A stretch of 64,000 bases of DNA from Phyllobates terribilis. Its lineage: Eukaryota. Of this stretch, positions 9,879-22,821 are shown piece by piece. Every line of letters begins with the position of its first letter. Position 1 is the first letter of the stretch. The notes under the pieces are model-generated. The model was given only the letters and a program-made list of their open reading frames with translations, was not told the origin of the DNA and did not search any database. Both the position numbers and the translations under genes were made by a program. The stretch lies in NCBI RefSeq assembly GCF_046119375.1, contig NW_027362762.1:642506001-642570000 (forward strand). The letters run 5' to 3'.

Positions 9879-12800
9879 GGCACAGATATGGGGTCACTGT
9901 ATGGCCAGCACGGTTATGGGGCACTGCGTGGCTGGCACAGTTATGGGGGCACTTCATGGCTGGCACAGTTACAGGGCACTGCATGGCCGGCATGGTTATG
10001 GGTGCACTGTGTGGCTGGCACAGTTATGGGGGCACTGTGTGGCTAGCACGGTTATGGGGCACTGCGTGGCTGGCACAGTTATGGGGGCACTTCATGGCTG
10101 GCACAGTTACAGGGCACTGCATGGCCGGCATGGTTATGGGTGCACTGTGTGGCTGGCACAGTTATGGGGGCACTGTGTGGCTAGCACGGTTATGGGGCAC
10201 TGCGTGGCTGGCACAGTTATGGGGGCACTTCATGGCTGGCACAGTTACAGGGCACTGCATGGCCGGCATGGTTATGGGTGCACTGTGTGGCTGGCACAGT
10301 TATGGGGGCACTGTGTGGCAGGCACAGTTATGGGGGCACTGTGTGACTAGCACGGTTATGGGGGCACTGTGTGGCTGGCACAGTTATGGGGGCACTGTGT
10401 GGCTAGCACGGTTATGGGGGCACTGTGTGGCTGGCCCAGTTATGGGGGCACCGTGTGGCTGGCACAGTTATGGGGGCACTGTGTGGCTAGCACGGTTATG
10501 GGGGCACTGTGTGGCTGGCCCAGTTATGGGGGCACTGTGTGGCTGGCACGGTTATGGGGGCACTATGTGGCTGGCACGGTTATGAGGGCACTGTGTGGCT
10601 GGCCCAGTTATGGGGGCACTGTGTGGCTGGCACGGTTATGGGGGCACTGTGTGGCTGGCCCAGTTATGGGGCCACTGTGTGGCTGGCATGGTTATAAGGG
10701 CACTGCGTGGCTGGCCTGGTTATGGGGACACTGCGTGGCTGGCATGGTTATAGGGGCACTGTGTGGCTGGCACGGTTATGGGGGCACTGTGTGGCTGGCA
10801 CAGTTATGGGGGCACTGTGTGGCAGGCACAGTTATGGGGGCACTGTGTGGCTAGCACGGTTATGGGGCACTGCGTGGCTGGCACAGTTATGGGGGCACTT
10901 CATGACTGGCACAGTTACAGGGCACTGCATGGCCGGCATGGTTATGGGGGCACTGTGTGGCTGGCACAGTTATGGGGGCACTGTGTGGCTAGCACGGTTA
11001 TGGGGCACTGCGTGGCTGGCACAGTTATGGGGGCACTTCATGGCTGGCACAGTTACAGGGCACTGCATGGCCGGCATGGTTATGGGTGCACTGTGTGGCT
11101 GGCACAGTTATGGGGGCACTGTGTGGCAGGCACAGTTATGGGGGCACTGTGTGACTAGCACGGTTATGGGGGCACTGTGTGGCTGGCACAGTTATGGGGG
11201 CACTGTGTGGCTAGCACGGTTATGGGGGCACTGTGTGGCTGGCCCAGTTATGGGGGCACCGTGTGGCTGGCACAGTTATGGGGGCACTGTGTGGCTAGCA
11301 CGGTTATGGGGGCACTGTGTGGCTGGCCCAGTTATGGGGGCACTGTGTGGCTGGCACGGTTATGGGGGCACTATGTGGCTGGCACGGTTATGAGGGCACT
11401 GTGTGGCTGGCACAGTTATGGGGGCACTGTGTGGCTGGCACGGTTATGGGGGCACTGTGTGGCTGGCCCAGTTATGGGGCCACTGTGTGGCTGGCATGGT
11501 TATAAGGGCACTGCGTGGCTGGCCTGGTTATGGGGACACTGCGTGGCTGGCATGGTTATAGGGGCACTGTGTGGCTGGCACGGTTATGGGGGCACTGTGT
11601 GGCTGGCACAGTTATGGGGGCACTGTGTGGCAGGCACAGTTATGGGGGCACTGTGTGGCTAGCACGGTTATGGGGCACTGCGTGGCTGGCACAGTTATGG
11701 GGGCACTTCATGACTGGCACAGTTACAGGGCACTGCATGGCCGGCATGGTTATGGGGGCACTGTGTGGCTGGCCCAGTTATGGGGGCACCGTGTGGCTGG
11801 CACAGTTATGGGGGCACTGTGTGGCTAGCACGGTTATGGGGGCACTGTGTGGCTGGCCCAGTTATGGGGGCACTGTGTGGCTGGCATGGTTGTGGGGGCA
11901 CTATGTGGCTGGCACGGTTATGAGGGCACTGTGTGGCTGGCCCAGTTATGGGGGCACTGTGTGGCTGGCATGGTAATAGGGGCACTGCGTGGCTGGCACG
12001 GTTATGGGGGCACTGTGTGGCTGGCCCAGTTATGGGGCCACTGTGTGGCTGGCATGGTTATAAGGGCACTGCGTGGCTGGCCTAGTTATGGGGACACTGC
12101 GTGGCTGGTATGGTTATAGGGGCACTGTGTGGCTGGCACGGTTATGGGGGCACTGCATGGCTGGGACAGTTATGGGGGCACTGTGTGGCTGGCACGGTTA
12201 TGGGGGCATTTCGTGGCTGGCCCAGTTATGGGGGCACTGTGTGGCTGGCCCAGTTATGGGGGCACTGAGTGGCTGGCCCGGTTATGGGGGCACTGTGTGG
12301 CTGGCCTGGTTATGGGGGCACTGTGTGGCTGGCATGGTTATAAGAGCACTGCGTGGCTGGCATGGTTATAGGAGCACTGTGTGGCTGGCACGGTTATGGG
12401 GGCACTACGTGGCTGGCACCGTTATGGGGGCACTGTGTGGCTGGCACGGTTATGGGGGCACTACGTGGCTGGCACGGTTATGGGGGCACTGTGTGGCTGG
12501 CACGGTTATGGGGGGCACTGCGTGGCTGGCCCGGTTATGGGGGCACTGTGTGGCTGGCACGGTTATGGGGGCACTATGTGGCTGGCACGGTTATGGGGGC
12601 ACTGTGTGGCTGGCACGGTTATGGGGGCACTGTGTGGCTGGCATGGTTATAGGGTCACTGTGTGGCTGTCACGGTTATGGGGGCACTGCGTGGCTGGCAC
12701 AGTTATGGGGCCACTGTGTGGCTGGCATGGTTATAAGGTCACTGCGTGGCTGGCATGGTTATAGGGGCACTGTGTGGCTGGCACAGTTATGGGGGCACTA

Positions 12801-13353
12801 CGTGGCTGGCATGATTATAGGGGCACTGCGTGGCTGGCATGGCTATAGGGGCACTACGTGGCTGGCACGGTTATGGGGCACTGCGTGGCTGGCCCAGTTA
12901 TGGGGGCACTGTGTGGCTGGCATGGTTATAGGGGCACTGTGTGGCTGGCACGGTTATGGGGGCCCTGCGTGGCTGGCACGGTTATGGGGGCACTGCGTGG
13001 CTGGCCCAGTTATGGAGGCACTGTGTGGCTGGCATGGTTATAGGGACACTGCTTGGCTGGCATGGTTGTGGGTTCACTGTGTGGCTGGCATGGTTATAGG
13101 GGCACTGCGTGGCTGGCACAGTTATGGGGGCACTGTGTGGCTGGCACGGTTATGGGGGCACTGTGTGGCTGGCACGGTTGTGGGGGCACTGTGTGGCTGG
13201 CATGGTTATGGGGGCACTGCGTGGCTGGCATGGTTATGGGGGCACTGTGTGGCTGGCATGGTTATGGGGGCACTGCGTGGCTGGCATGGTTATGGGGGCA
13301 CTGTGTGGCTGGCATGGTTATGGGGGCACTGCGTGGCTGGCACGGCTGTGGGC
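9879..13353. repeat. 28-bp minisatellite (GGCACAGTTATGGGGGCACTGTGTGGCT), ~124 units, with 138-bp and 808-bp higher-order repeats
   Basis: Unit read directly. Variant blocks recur at +138 (9952, 10090, 10228) and at +808 (ORFs 10369/11177, 10509/11317, 10707/11515). Confidence 0.97.
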
Positions 13354-13721
13354 ATGGCTTGAGCTCAGGTTTCCCAATTTATTTATTTTTCTAAAGCTTT
13401 TCCAAGAATCCACAGAGAGAACATTTTTTTCTAGAAACATTAGAAAACTATCCTGAAGGGTGAGGACTTCTGGTGCTCGGTGTCTGCCGGCTGCCGCCCA
13501 TAATTCTGCTGAGACATCGGCTGCATTCACTGCCTATGGTGAAAGGACGATAATCACAATCAGAAAAATCTCTACAACTTGTTCCTGCTTCAAAACAAAT
13601 CACATTTTTTGAACAGACAGGAAAATCTGTGCCCCAATTTTACAGACTATTGAGGAATTTCTGGACGGTTGGCAGCACTGACAGCACGGTAATGGCTGTA
13701 CCTTCGTTTTCCGGGCACAAG

Positions 13722-13868
13722 CAGTGGTGTAACTTGAAGCTTGTGGGCCCCAATGCAAAATCTCCATCATGGCCCCTTCCTATCATGGGTCGTGTTATAG
13801 TACAGATCTTCAGATATGGGCCAAAGGGTGTGGTTGCAACCTCTGCACCTATTATTGTTACATCACTG
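13722..13868. mobile_element. 147-bp hAT-type MITE
   Basis: TIRs CAGTGGTGTAAC / GTTACATCACTG. 8-bp TSD GGCACAAG / GGCACAGG (7 of 8 match). Confidence 0.8.
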
Positions 13869-14172
13869 GGCACAGGCCATCGATCCTGATACTAGGATTC
13901 CTATTATATGCGACTTAAAGAGTAACGTCACCCATCTGGGGCTGCCCCTAATGTCCCCCGAAAGGGCTGTTACACGCAGTGTGGGATCCCACACCCCTCA
14001 GCGGTCCCTCTCGTTGTGGAAGGGTGAGAACTCGCTCTTCATTCTAACCCAGCACTGCCACATACTTTACTATGATGTCACTTGGTGGTAACCGCTCTAA
14101 TGATGTTGCCATTCAGTAACAGCTTAGTAAAGTGCACAGTAAGAGAGGCCATGGAGGGTTGCGGGATCCCAT

Positions 14173-14598
14173 TGTGACGCTAGTCACTAATCACGGACAA
14201 GACGTGAGGATGGCTAATCAAACATTTTGTGGTCGGATACCAAGAGAGCACGTTGTAAGCTAAAGGGGAAAGACAAAGGTGAAGTCAGGTCACAGTTTGA
14301 GGTCAGAATACAAGGAAAATGGTAGATCAGAGCAAAGGGGCTAGGCAAACGGATGGTCAGAGCGAGGTCCAAGGTCAGGCAGCAATAGATCAACAAACAG
14401 AGCACTGAAATCCAAGACAAACATGCACCGCCAAGCAAATTCTACAATTGGCAGAGATCTGACTGACAGCTTAGCTAAGTAGCTGGATAATCACTAAGAA
14501 CAGGGCACCTCTGAAGGAAGCTCAGCACATCCCTGCACTAGATTGGACGACTGAGCTGTCACTATGTCCAAGACACACTGAGCGGAGGAATCGTGACA
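14173..14598 (-). mobile_element. Solo LTR (same family as 24152-24699, opposite orientation)
   Basis: TG...CA ends (TGTGACG...CGTGACA) and a perfect 5-bp TSD CCCAT (14168-14172, 14599-14603). Reverse complement visibly aligns with 24152-24699. Confidence 0.85.
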
Positions 14599-17500
14599 CC
14601 CATAATACAGAAGTTGGGCCAGACTTTTGGTAAAAGGTCTGTTTTTTTCAGGAAGACATTAGGGACACTTAGGACCTCTTTTTTAATAGATGATATTTAG
14701 AAAATTCAATAGTCTGAGGCTGTTTACTAATTTGTTAAAGGGAATCTGTCATGTTAGTTGAAAACAGTATCTGATCTGCAAACAAGAATGGACTGGGACT
14801 GAAATTCAGCCCTGGCATTTGAAAGCACACAGGCCTATGCCGGCTGCGTCCCCTTCCCCAGAATGGGGTCTCTATTAGTAATATTACCCTGCCTGTAGGA
14901 AATCAAGATTTACTATTAGCCCTATATTTGCATTAATTACCACATAAGATTTATTATTATTATTATTAATAATAGTAATAATACCACAATAATAATTTTG
15001 CAATATAACAGACAAATATCAACAGGCTATTATCAAATATTACCAGCATATATCGTAGTGATAATGCCACTAGGGCTGATATGACCACCATACAGTGACC
15101 ATAATGGTAATATCAGATCGGGGCATACATATCATTGGAACAACCTGTGCAGCTGCCCATGGGCCCAAAGCAGGTGGAATCATGTATTTTGATGAGCTAT
15201 TTGAAGGCAAGGGGCCCATATATTGTTCTGGCACAGGGGCCCTCTTCTGTATCAGTTCTACACCAGTGCTCTGCAGACCATATATGTGTGTACTGTACAG
15301 GCTGTAATCAGTGGTGAGCTCGCTGGTTGTTGTCATTCATTTTCCCTTTTGTTTTCCTTTTGGCCTGACCACCATGACCATTTTTTCTGTCTATTACTCA
15401 TTCCAGCAAAGTGTAACACACAGACACATTTTTGCTTCCTGCTTTTCTATCATCCTCCTCACATTTCCTCACCATATAGTGCTATAACTAGTGATGAGCG
15501 AGAACCGTCATATTGGTAATCGCTATACTCGTAATGAGTACTTTGTAATAATCGCGTATTCGTTCCGAATAGCGAGTACAATGTAAGTCAATGGGAAATG
15601 CAAGTAATTTTCTGCTGAGCCCTACAAAGGGGTCTGGGGGCCTGAGGAAAAGGCTGAAATGGATGGGAAAGTGATGAAACAGAATGGGAAGAGCCTGGAG
15701 AATGTGCCTGCATGCATTTCTGACTCATATATGGTTTCTGGGAATAAGTTTGTTGCAGTATTACGCCACTTTTACAAACACACAAGAACAACTACCAAAC
15801 CTAACCAAAATTGCATTTAACAGGCCAAAAAGGTTAAGAAACAGTTTTTTTCCTGCATAATCACTGGTATATAAGGCTAAATAAACCAGAGAAACCAAAA
15901 AAATATCCCTTTTAGCGTTTGTTCACACATACTATTATGGCTTTTTTTCACCTTTTACAATTGGGAGGGCCCTGACTTATACATTTTGTAAGTCCCTCTA
16001 TCATACATCATTTTTAGATCGCTATTCCCCAGCACTTTACAAACACAGCTAGAACGTACCAGTAGGTATGTTGACCTTTGACCGAGAAAAATAAAGCTGC
16101 ACTAGTCAACTAGATGACGAGCTCAAATATATCACTTGTGCAAGTCAATGGACTAAGGATATATGCTGCCCCCCCCCCAGGATGGGTTGGAGAAGCTTCT
16201 CCAAATGGCTCAGAGATTTTGATTGTCAATATTCCCCAGATTATATAGCAAGAGAAGACTTCTTGATACTGTACTACTTGGTCCAGTGCAGAATGTGCAT
16301 TGTATTTCCAAAAATTACTCCTGGGGGCTGTGTCATAGGTGCAGGAAGATTCCATGACAAGGGCCTCCCTTGACAAACATTACCTACGATGGAGTACTGT
16401 AGTAGTTGTGGCCCTCAATTCAAGTTTTCAGAGGGCCATCAGTCGGTCATCAACAGTCAGTGTAAATTTCTATTGAATATGTGTCCGATCAGTCACAATG
16501 TGGCACAAGCCAGGCATGTTTTTTTGCCAAATAGGGTGACTGACAGTACATTTCTTTTGAATATGTATCCCCTATCTTAGTCACAATGTGGCATAAGCCA
16601 GGCATGTTTTTTTGCCAAATAGGGTGACTGACAGTACACAATGTGGCACAATCTGTGACAAGGGCCTCCAATGACAAATATTAGTTTGGTAGGACCACTG
16701 TACATTCCAGATTTGTCCACTGCACAATGTGCATAGGGTTTGTAAAAATTAGCCCTATGGGCTGAGTCATGGTTGATGCAGGAAGCCACCATCTCATTGG
16801 TCTCCAATCACAAATAGTAGTTAGGTTGGAGTAGGAATACTGTCCTGGTTTGTCCACTGCACAATGTGCATAGGGTTTGTAAAAATTAGCCCTAAGGGCT
16901 GAGTCATGGTTGACAAAGGAAGGAAACGGGTTTTTATGGGAAGGGGGTTACATTAACAGCAGTAGCATGAATCTGTATTTTTGGTGAATTTAGGTTGGCT
17001 TGCTGTTATCTGGAGGGATTACAAACTGTGGAGATATCCAGTCTTTGTTGAATTTAATCAGAGTAAGTCTGTCTGCATTTTCCGTGGAGAGGTGTGTGCG
17101 CCTATCAGTGATGATTGCCCCAGCGGAACTGAAAACACGCTCAGACACCACACTAGCAGCCGGGCAGGCCAGCACCTCCAATTCATATAAGGAGAGATCG
17201 GGCCAAGTGTTCAGCTTAGACACCCAATTATTAAAGGGAACTGAAGAGTCAGAAAGGACGCACGTATGGTCACTTAAGTACCCCTTGACCATGTTCTGCA
17301 ACTTATCCCTCCTTGGCATTGTTACAGGCATAGATAGCGTTGGTGAGAGCACGGTTCAGATTGTTTAACACGTGCTTGTGTAACACAGGGACGGCACACC
17401 AGGCAAAATAGTGGCGGCTGGGAACACTGTATCGTGGGGCAGCCACAGCCAAGAGATCACGGAAAAACTGTGTTACCACAAGCTTAAACGACAACATCTC

Positions 17501-18286
17501 CACAGCTAGCAATTTGGCAATCTGCAAGTTTATTATTTGTGCCTGTGGGTGCGTGGCTGGGTATTTACTCTTTCTTTCCAAGCTCTCGGGCACAGACAAT
17601 TGGACGCTTTGCTGGGACAAATGAAGTGGATGTGGTTGATGTTTGTTGTGTGTGAGCAACCACAGTTTGTGGGCAGAAGGTATGAGCGCCTGCTTCCTGA
17701 ACAGCAGATTCTGAAGGACATAGCCCAGGCAACATGGCATTGGTTTGACCCGCAGATGCAGATTTGGTACCCTGGTGTTCCGCCCACCTACTGGGGTGCT
17801 TGGCTGCCATTTCGCATACTGGTGGTGCTTAGGTTGCCTCTGCCCTGGCCTCTGCTCAACTTGGTATGGCAGATGCTACAGACTACAATGTTTTTCTCTG
17901 AAGGACTTTCAGAAAAAAATTCCACACAGCAGCTGAACTCACCCCTTGCCCTGACTTGGTGCACAGTGGGGGGTGCTCTTGGGAACAGTTGACCCAGTTC
18001 TCACTCTGGGCAAACTACGACCCCTTGATGCCTGTGTTGGTGCTACATATCCATCTTCCTCTGTGTTGCTGTCATGGCTATGTGTGCCAACAGTCCAGGT
18101 CGGATCATTGGACTCATCATTGACCACCTCGTCTTATATCTCATCCTCCTTCCCAGTTGACATTGTAGGCTGACCTGATGACAACTGTGTGTCATCATCA
18201 TCATCAGCTTCAATCAGTGAATATGAATAGCGGTACCAGAGCGCCAATAACAGGGCAAAAATATAAAAAGGACTGATTTATTAATA

Positions 18287-18330
18287 CACACAACGCGTTT
18301 CGGTGGACACAGCCACCTTCATCAGGTGTG
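18287..18330 (-). ncRNA. Minimal type I hammerhead ribozyme in the PLE pLTR
   Basis: Minus strand reads CACAC-CUGAUGA-A-GGUGG(CUGUGU)CCACC-GAAA-CGCG-UU-GUGUG: stem I 5 bp, intact core, stem II 5 bp, palindromic stem III ACGCGU, triplet GUU. Confidence 0.85.
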
Positions 18331-18934
18331 ACAAGCAGCAAACAATTGATCCTTATATACATTTGACTAGGTATACAATTACTTAAAAGGGGCGGGGCCA
18401 GATGCAGAGTAATACCTCTATATTAACCCCTTGAGTTCATATATGCTCAATAGAGTAAAAAGGATTGTTATAAATTAATACCTAATGAAGCATATAGGGT
18501 TCTTATAAAAAGGATTCGCTGTATAAAAACTTGTGAATCCTATAATCATAATACTTAATAGGATATATTGTTATCTACCACCCTATATTTTATATTATAA
18601 AAAAAAAATAATAATAATTTTTACATACAACATAAAACAATGTATAAATATAAAGTTATAAAATTACAATCAGTTTCTATCATTATAATTAGGGAAAAGT
18701 AGACGAAGAAAGGAAAGAGAAAAAAAAAAAAAAAATTCCCCAAAAAAATTCCCAAAAAAGTTCCAAAATAAAAAAAAAAAAATTTTTTTAAATATTTTTT
18801 TTTTAATTTTTTCTCTTTTCTCCCTCTCCTCCCTCCTCCCTCCCTCTCTCTTTTCCCATCTTCCCTCCTTCTCTCTCTCCTCCCCCATATAAAAGATATA
18901 TATAATAAATTTGCTAAAATATAAAAACAATTAT

Positions 18935-21279
18935 TTAAAAAGTTGTCTTCTCTATATTAAGGTTCAAACCTTCAGGAGACAAGGTTCCCATTTTGAAAAT
19001 CCAATAATTTTCACGTGTAATGAGACGATTTAGTCTATCAGGGTGTGTATCAACTATATGATCAATGATAGTTAGTTTTAGGTTATTAGGATTTTTTTGA
19101 TGTTCTTTTAAGAAATGATTAGAAACACTATGTAGGGGAAAGCCGTTTCTAATGTGTTGGCGATGTTTATTTAATCTTGAGTGCATTTCCTGGATAGTGC
19201 GGCCAATGTATTGCAGGCCGCAGGTGCACTGGAGCAGATAGATCACATATGAGGACTGACATGTAAGTCTAAAGCGAATGGGATAGATCTCTCCAGTGAC
19301 CGCAGAGACGAATGTTTTGGCTCCGTTATCAATGGATTGACAGCATAAGCATTTAGGGACGTTACATTTATAACATCCATTATTGCTAATAGGAGCTGAA
19401 TTTAAATGGTTCGGTCTTCTACCAATAGTTGTATTGCTAGGGGCTATATAGTTTCCTAGATTTTTACTCCTCCGATATATGACATGAGGAAATTCCGGTA
19501 AATGACCAGTTAATATTGGATCATTACTTAAAATGAACCAGTATTTTTTTAATAAACTGGATAACACTTGCGTAGGTTTACCATAAGTAGTAATCAGATT
19601 TAAACTGAAATCGCTGTATGGCTCTTGGCTGGTATTCTTGGATTTGTTGATACACAAGTTCTGTGATAGGGATCTAGTTTTGGAGAAAGCATCCTTTAAT
19701 AATTTCTGGGGGTATCCCTTAGCTCTAAAACGTTTTTGCAAAACCTTAGATTCCAGAAAAAAATCCGAATCATGTGTACAATTTTTTCTGACACGCCAAT
19801 ATTGACCGTATGGAATATTTCTAATCCAGCTGGGTAGATGGCCACTGTCAAATTCAAGATAGCTATTTACATCCACTTCCTTAAAGTGGGTAGATGTGGA
19901 TATTTTACCCGAATTGTCTATATTTATCTGAAGGTCAAGATATTGAATATTACTCTCAGATATGGTAGAGGTAAAGGAAAGACCCCAATCGTTAGAGTTT
20001 AATTCATCAATAAATTTGGCAGCCTCCACAGTATTTCCCCTCCATATGATAAACAGATCATCTATAAAGCTGCGGTACATAACGATGGGTTTATCGGCGC
20101 CGAGGGATTGCGCGATGTGGACAGACTCGAATGCCCCCATATATAGATTTGCATAACTGGGGGCAAACCTCGTCCCCATCGCGCAGCCCCCTCAAAAGAA
20201 AATACATTGTTCTCAAGAATGAAAGTTATACCCCTCAATAAAAAGTTTTTTTGAGGATCTTGTAAGTTAGGGTCCTCATCTAGGAATTTTTTAATTGCCT
20301 GTAAACCCAATACATGTGTGATATTGGAATAAAGAGAGCTTATATCGAGTGTAATAAGAAGACAGCCTGGAAGAGGGGGTAATTCTCTCAACAGTCTAAT
20401 TAAATGTGTGGAATCCTTTAAATGAGAATCTAGGGATAAAACGTACTTCTGTAAAAAAAGATCAATATAGTGGGATAAGTTGGATGTGATAGAATTAATA
20501 CCAGAAATAATAGGACGTCCAGGGGGATTAAATTTATCTTTATGAATTTTGGGTAAAAAATAAAAATAAGGGACTTTGAATTTTTTAATGTCTAAAAAGG
20601 ATTTTTCTTTTTTATTGAGGAAGCCAGCTGTAGAGGCCCCTGCTACAAGTCCTTTGTACTCCAAAAAAATGGTTACAGATGGGTCTGCTTCTAATTTCAT
20701 GTAGTAGTTTGAGTCGTCTAAGATTCTGAGGCCCTCCTTGATGTACCAGCCCCTGTTCATTATCACAGTCCCCCCTCCCTTATCTGCTCTCTTTATAATT
20801 ATTTCTTTATTATCCTGAAGGGTTTTTAATGCACATTTCTCCTGGTAGCTCAAGTTATTCACTTTTTTAGAAATTGGGGGAAATGTCCTAAGGTCCCTTA
20901 AAATTAATTGTTGGAAAGTTTCAAGGTGTGAACCTTTATGATGTAATGGATAAAAATTACTTTTCCCCTTCACATTTACATGAGTGAAAGGGTCCAGTAA
21001 TGGGGGGCCTGGTATATTAGATTCTTGAATGGAGGGGGATACTGTTGAGCATGAACTAATAGGATGTGATTTTCTCTTATCTTCCAATAGAAAATGTCTT
21101 TTTAGTGTCAATTTCCTTATAAATTCATTTAAATCACAGAACAAAGTGAAATTATTAAATGGGACAGCTGGACAGAAAGATAATCCTCGACCTAACAAGG
21201 ATCGTTCAGCTTCAGATAGCACATAGCTAGAAATATTAAAAATACCCCCACAACCGATAGGGGTTTCTATCTGCAGGGA
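18935..21279 (-). pseudogene. PLE reverse transcriptase / GIY-YIG endonuclease ORF, broken by one small deletion-frameshift near 20180
   Basis: Motifs IFNISSYVLS..LLGRGLSFCP, IIIKRADKGG, YFLPKIHK..PPGRPIISG, LITLDISSLYSNI, AMGTRFAPSYANLYMG, YRSFIDDLFIIW, YLDL, CxxCxxxxCxxC, and GIY-YIG VIYLLQCTCGLQYIGRT..R..H..RENYWIFKMGTLSPEGLN. Confidence 0.93.
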
Positions 21280-22821
21280 ATCATCATCAGCTTCAACCTT
21301 TGGAGACAGTAAATGACGTTCCTTCAAGTGGCTTTCTTCTGGCAGTAGTTCCTCAAATACTTGAGCATCAACGCACGCCACCTCCTCTTGTCCCTCTTCA
21401 ATGCTGCACGGTGATAGGCCAGAGCCAACCAAAGGATACGTAGCAAACAGATCCTTGGAGTGGCCAAGCTTGGGGTCATATGTCTCCTGTGACTGATAAT
21501 GGCAGGAGGAAGGAGAACCAGCTGCAGGACTGGATGGGCCAGCCTTCTGTGTATCCACAATAGATTGTTTGGTCGTGGAAGATTTGTTGCTGCTTGACAA
21601 ATGCGTAGAGGCCTTGTCTGCTATGAACGAATGTATCTGCTCTCGCACTTGTGGCTCCCACACACGTTTATGTTCCAGACCGGGAAATTTTTACAGGAAC
21701 ATAGTGGATGCATCAAGCTTCTTCTGACCTGACACAGACTAAGTGCATTCTCGCGCACCACTGAAAACACCACGTCCACGTCCCTTAACAACAGGCTTTT
21801 TTGGCATTTTGGGTTTTGCTGACAGATTTTCAGATGTTTATGGCACAAGCCAAGCTAGCTGTCACAGCCAAAATAGTGGTTAAAATGTCCTGGTGCGTAC
21901 TTTGTAGCAGGCAGTAGGAAATGTTTCGACTACTGCTTTGTGTAGGGCATTCAATGATTTTTTAAGTGGACTAATATGGACAGAAGGCAGGCTGTCACAC
22001 CAAAAACAGTGGGGAAAATGGCCTGGTACGTGCTTTGTAGCAGGCAGTAGGAAATGTTTGGACTACTGCTTTGTGTAGGGCATTCAACGATTTTTTAAAG
22101 AACACAACCTAATACACTCCCTATCTAATACACAGTATCTCCATCCCTGTACTCTGACTTTGTTGTGTGTCTTCAGCTCTGAAAAGAGCTATTTTTTGGT
22201 GGTATTATGGAGCTAGTGAGCAGCTCCTTTAAACACAGAACTAGTATACACTGCAGGTAGCCCTTAAAAGGGCTTTTGTTTGATCAAGAGGCCTAAACAC
22301 TCTCCCTAGCAGCTCAACGATCTCTCCCTATGCTTGTAGAGCGCAGGCTCCGGATGCACAAAATGGTGGCGGCAGGGCTTAAATAGACCCTATGAGGCTC
22401 GGCGGCTAGCCAATCAGTAATGCCACAACCAAGATGTCTGCGGCATTACTGTGATTGGTTAAGAAGCCCAGCATGTTTAGTGGCTGCAAAGGAGGCGTCA
22501 AAAGTGCAGGACGGGACATCCGTATATATTGAGCCGAGTACACAAATACTTGCAAAATAACGAGTAGCCCGAATACCGTACTATCCTTACGAATAGCGAA
22601 TAGTGACGAATACACTCGCTCATCACTAGCTATAACCAGTGCCCTAGAAAGAAATAATGCCCCTTAGTGCTCTGTACAATAATAGTACATGCCAATAAAA
22701 TAGGAGACTTGGTAGTTTTATAACTATTAACCCATCGTCCTCCCTACCCCACCCAGTATATGTAAAATAAACACATAACTGCTTGCAACTTGGGTAACAT
22801 GGCCACAGTAGCCTTTATTAA

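Larger units (their letters stand above)
18214..21279 (-). mobile_element. Penelope-like retroelement (RT + GIY-YIG), 5'-truncated, with 3' pLTR; 17-bp TSD
   Basis: TSD ATCATCATCAGCTTCAA at 18197-18213 and 21280-21296. Coding and ribozyme evidence in the next two entries. Confidence 0.92.
16990..21807 (-). pseudogene. hAT transposase pseudogene (N-terminus 21807-21280; BED-finger region ~17850-17550; hATC dimerisation domain 17352-16990)
   Basis: C-terminal W...LNTWPDLS..ELEVLACPAASVVSERVFSSAGAIITDRRTHLS is the hATC motif. N-terminus MPKKPVVKGRGRG... contains stops. Split by the PLE at 18214-21279. Confidence 0.85.
15489..22628 (-). mobile_element. hAT DNA transposon, internally deleted, carrying a nested Penelope-like element
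   Basis: TIRs TAGTGATGAGCGAG / CTCGCTCATCACTA and a perfect 8-bp TSD GCTATAAC (15481-15488, 22629-22636). Contains transposase remnants and several short tandem duplications in both subtermini. Confidence 0.93.

Noticed and set aside
9901-13456. Many long W/G/H-rich ORFs (up to 429 aa)
   Set aside because: Translations of a 28-bp repeat cycling through all three frames.
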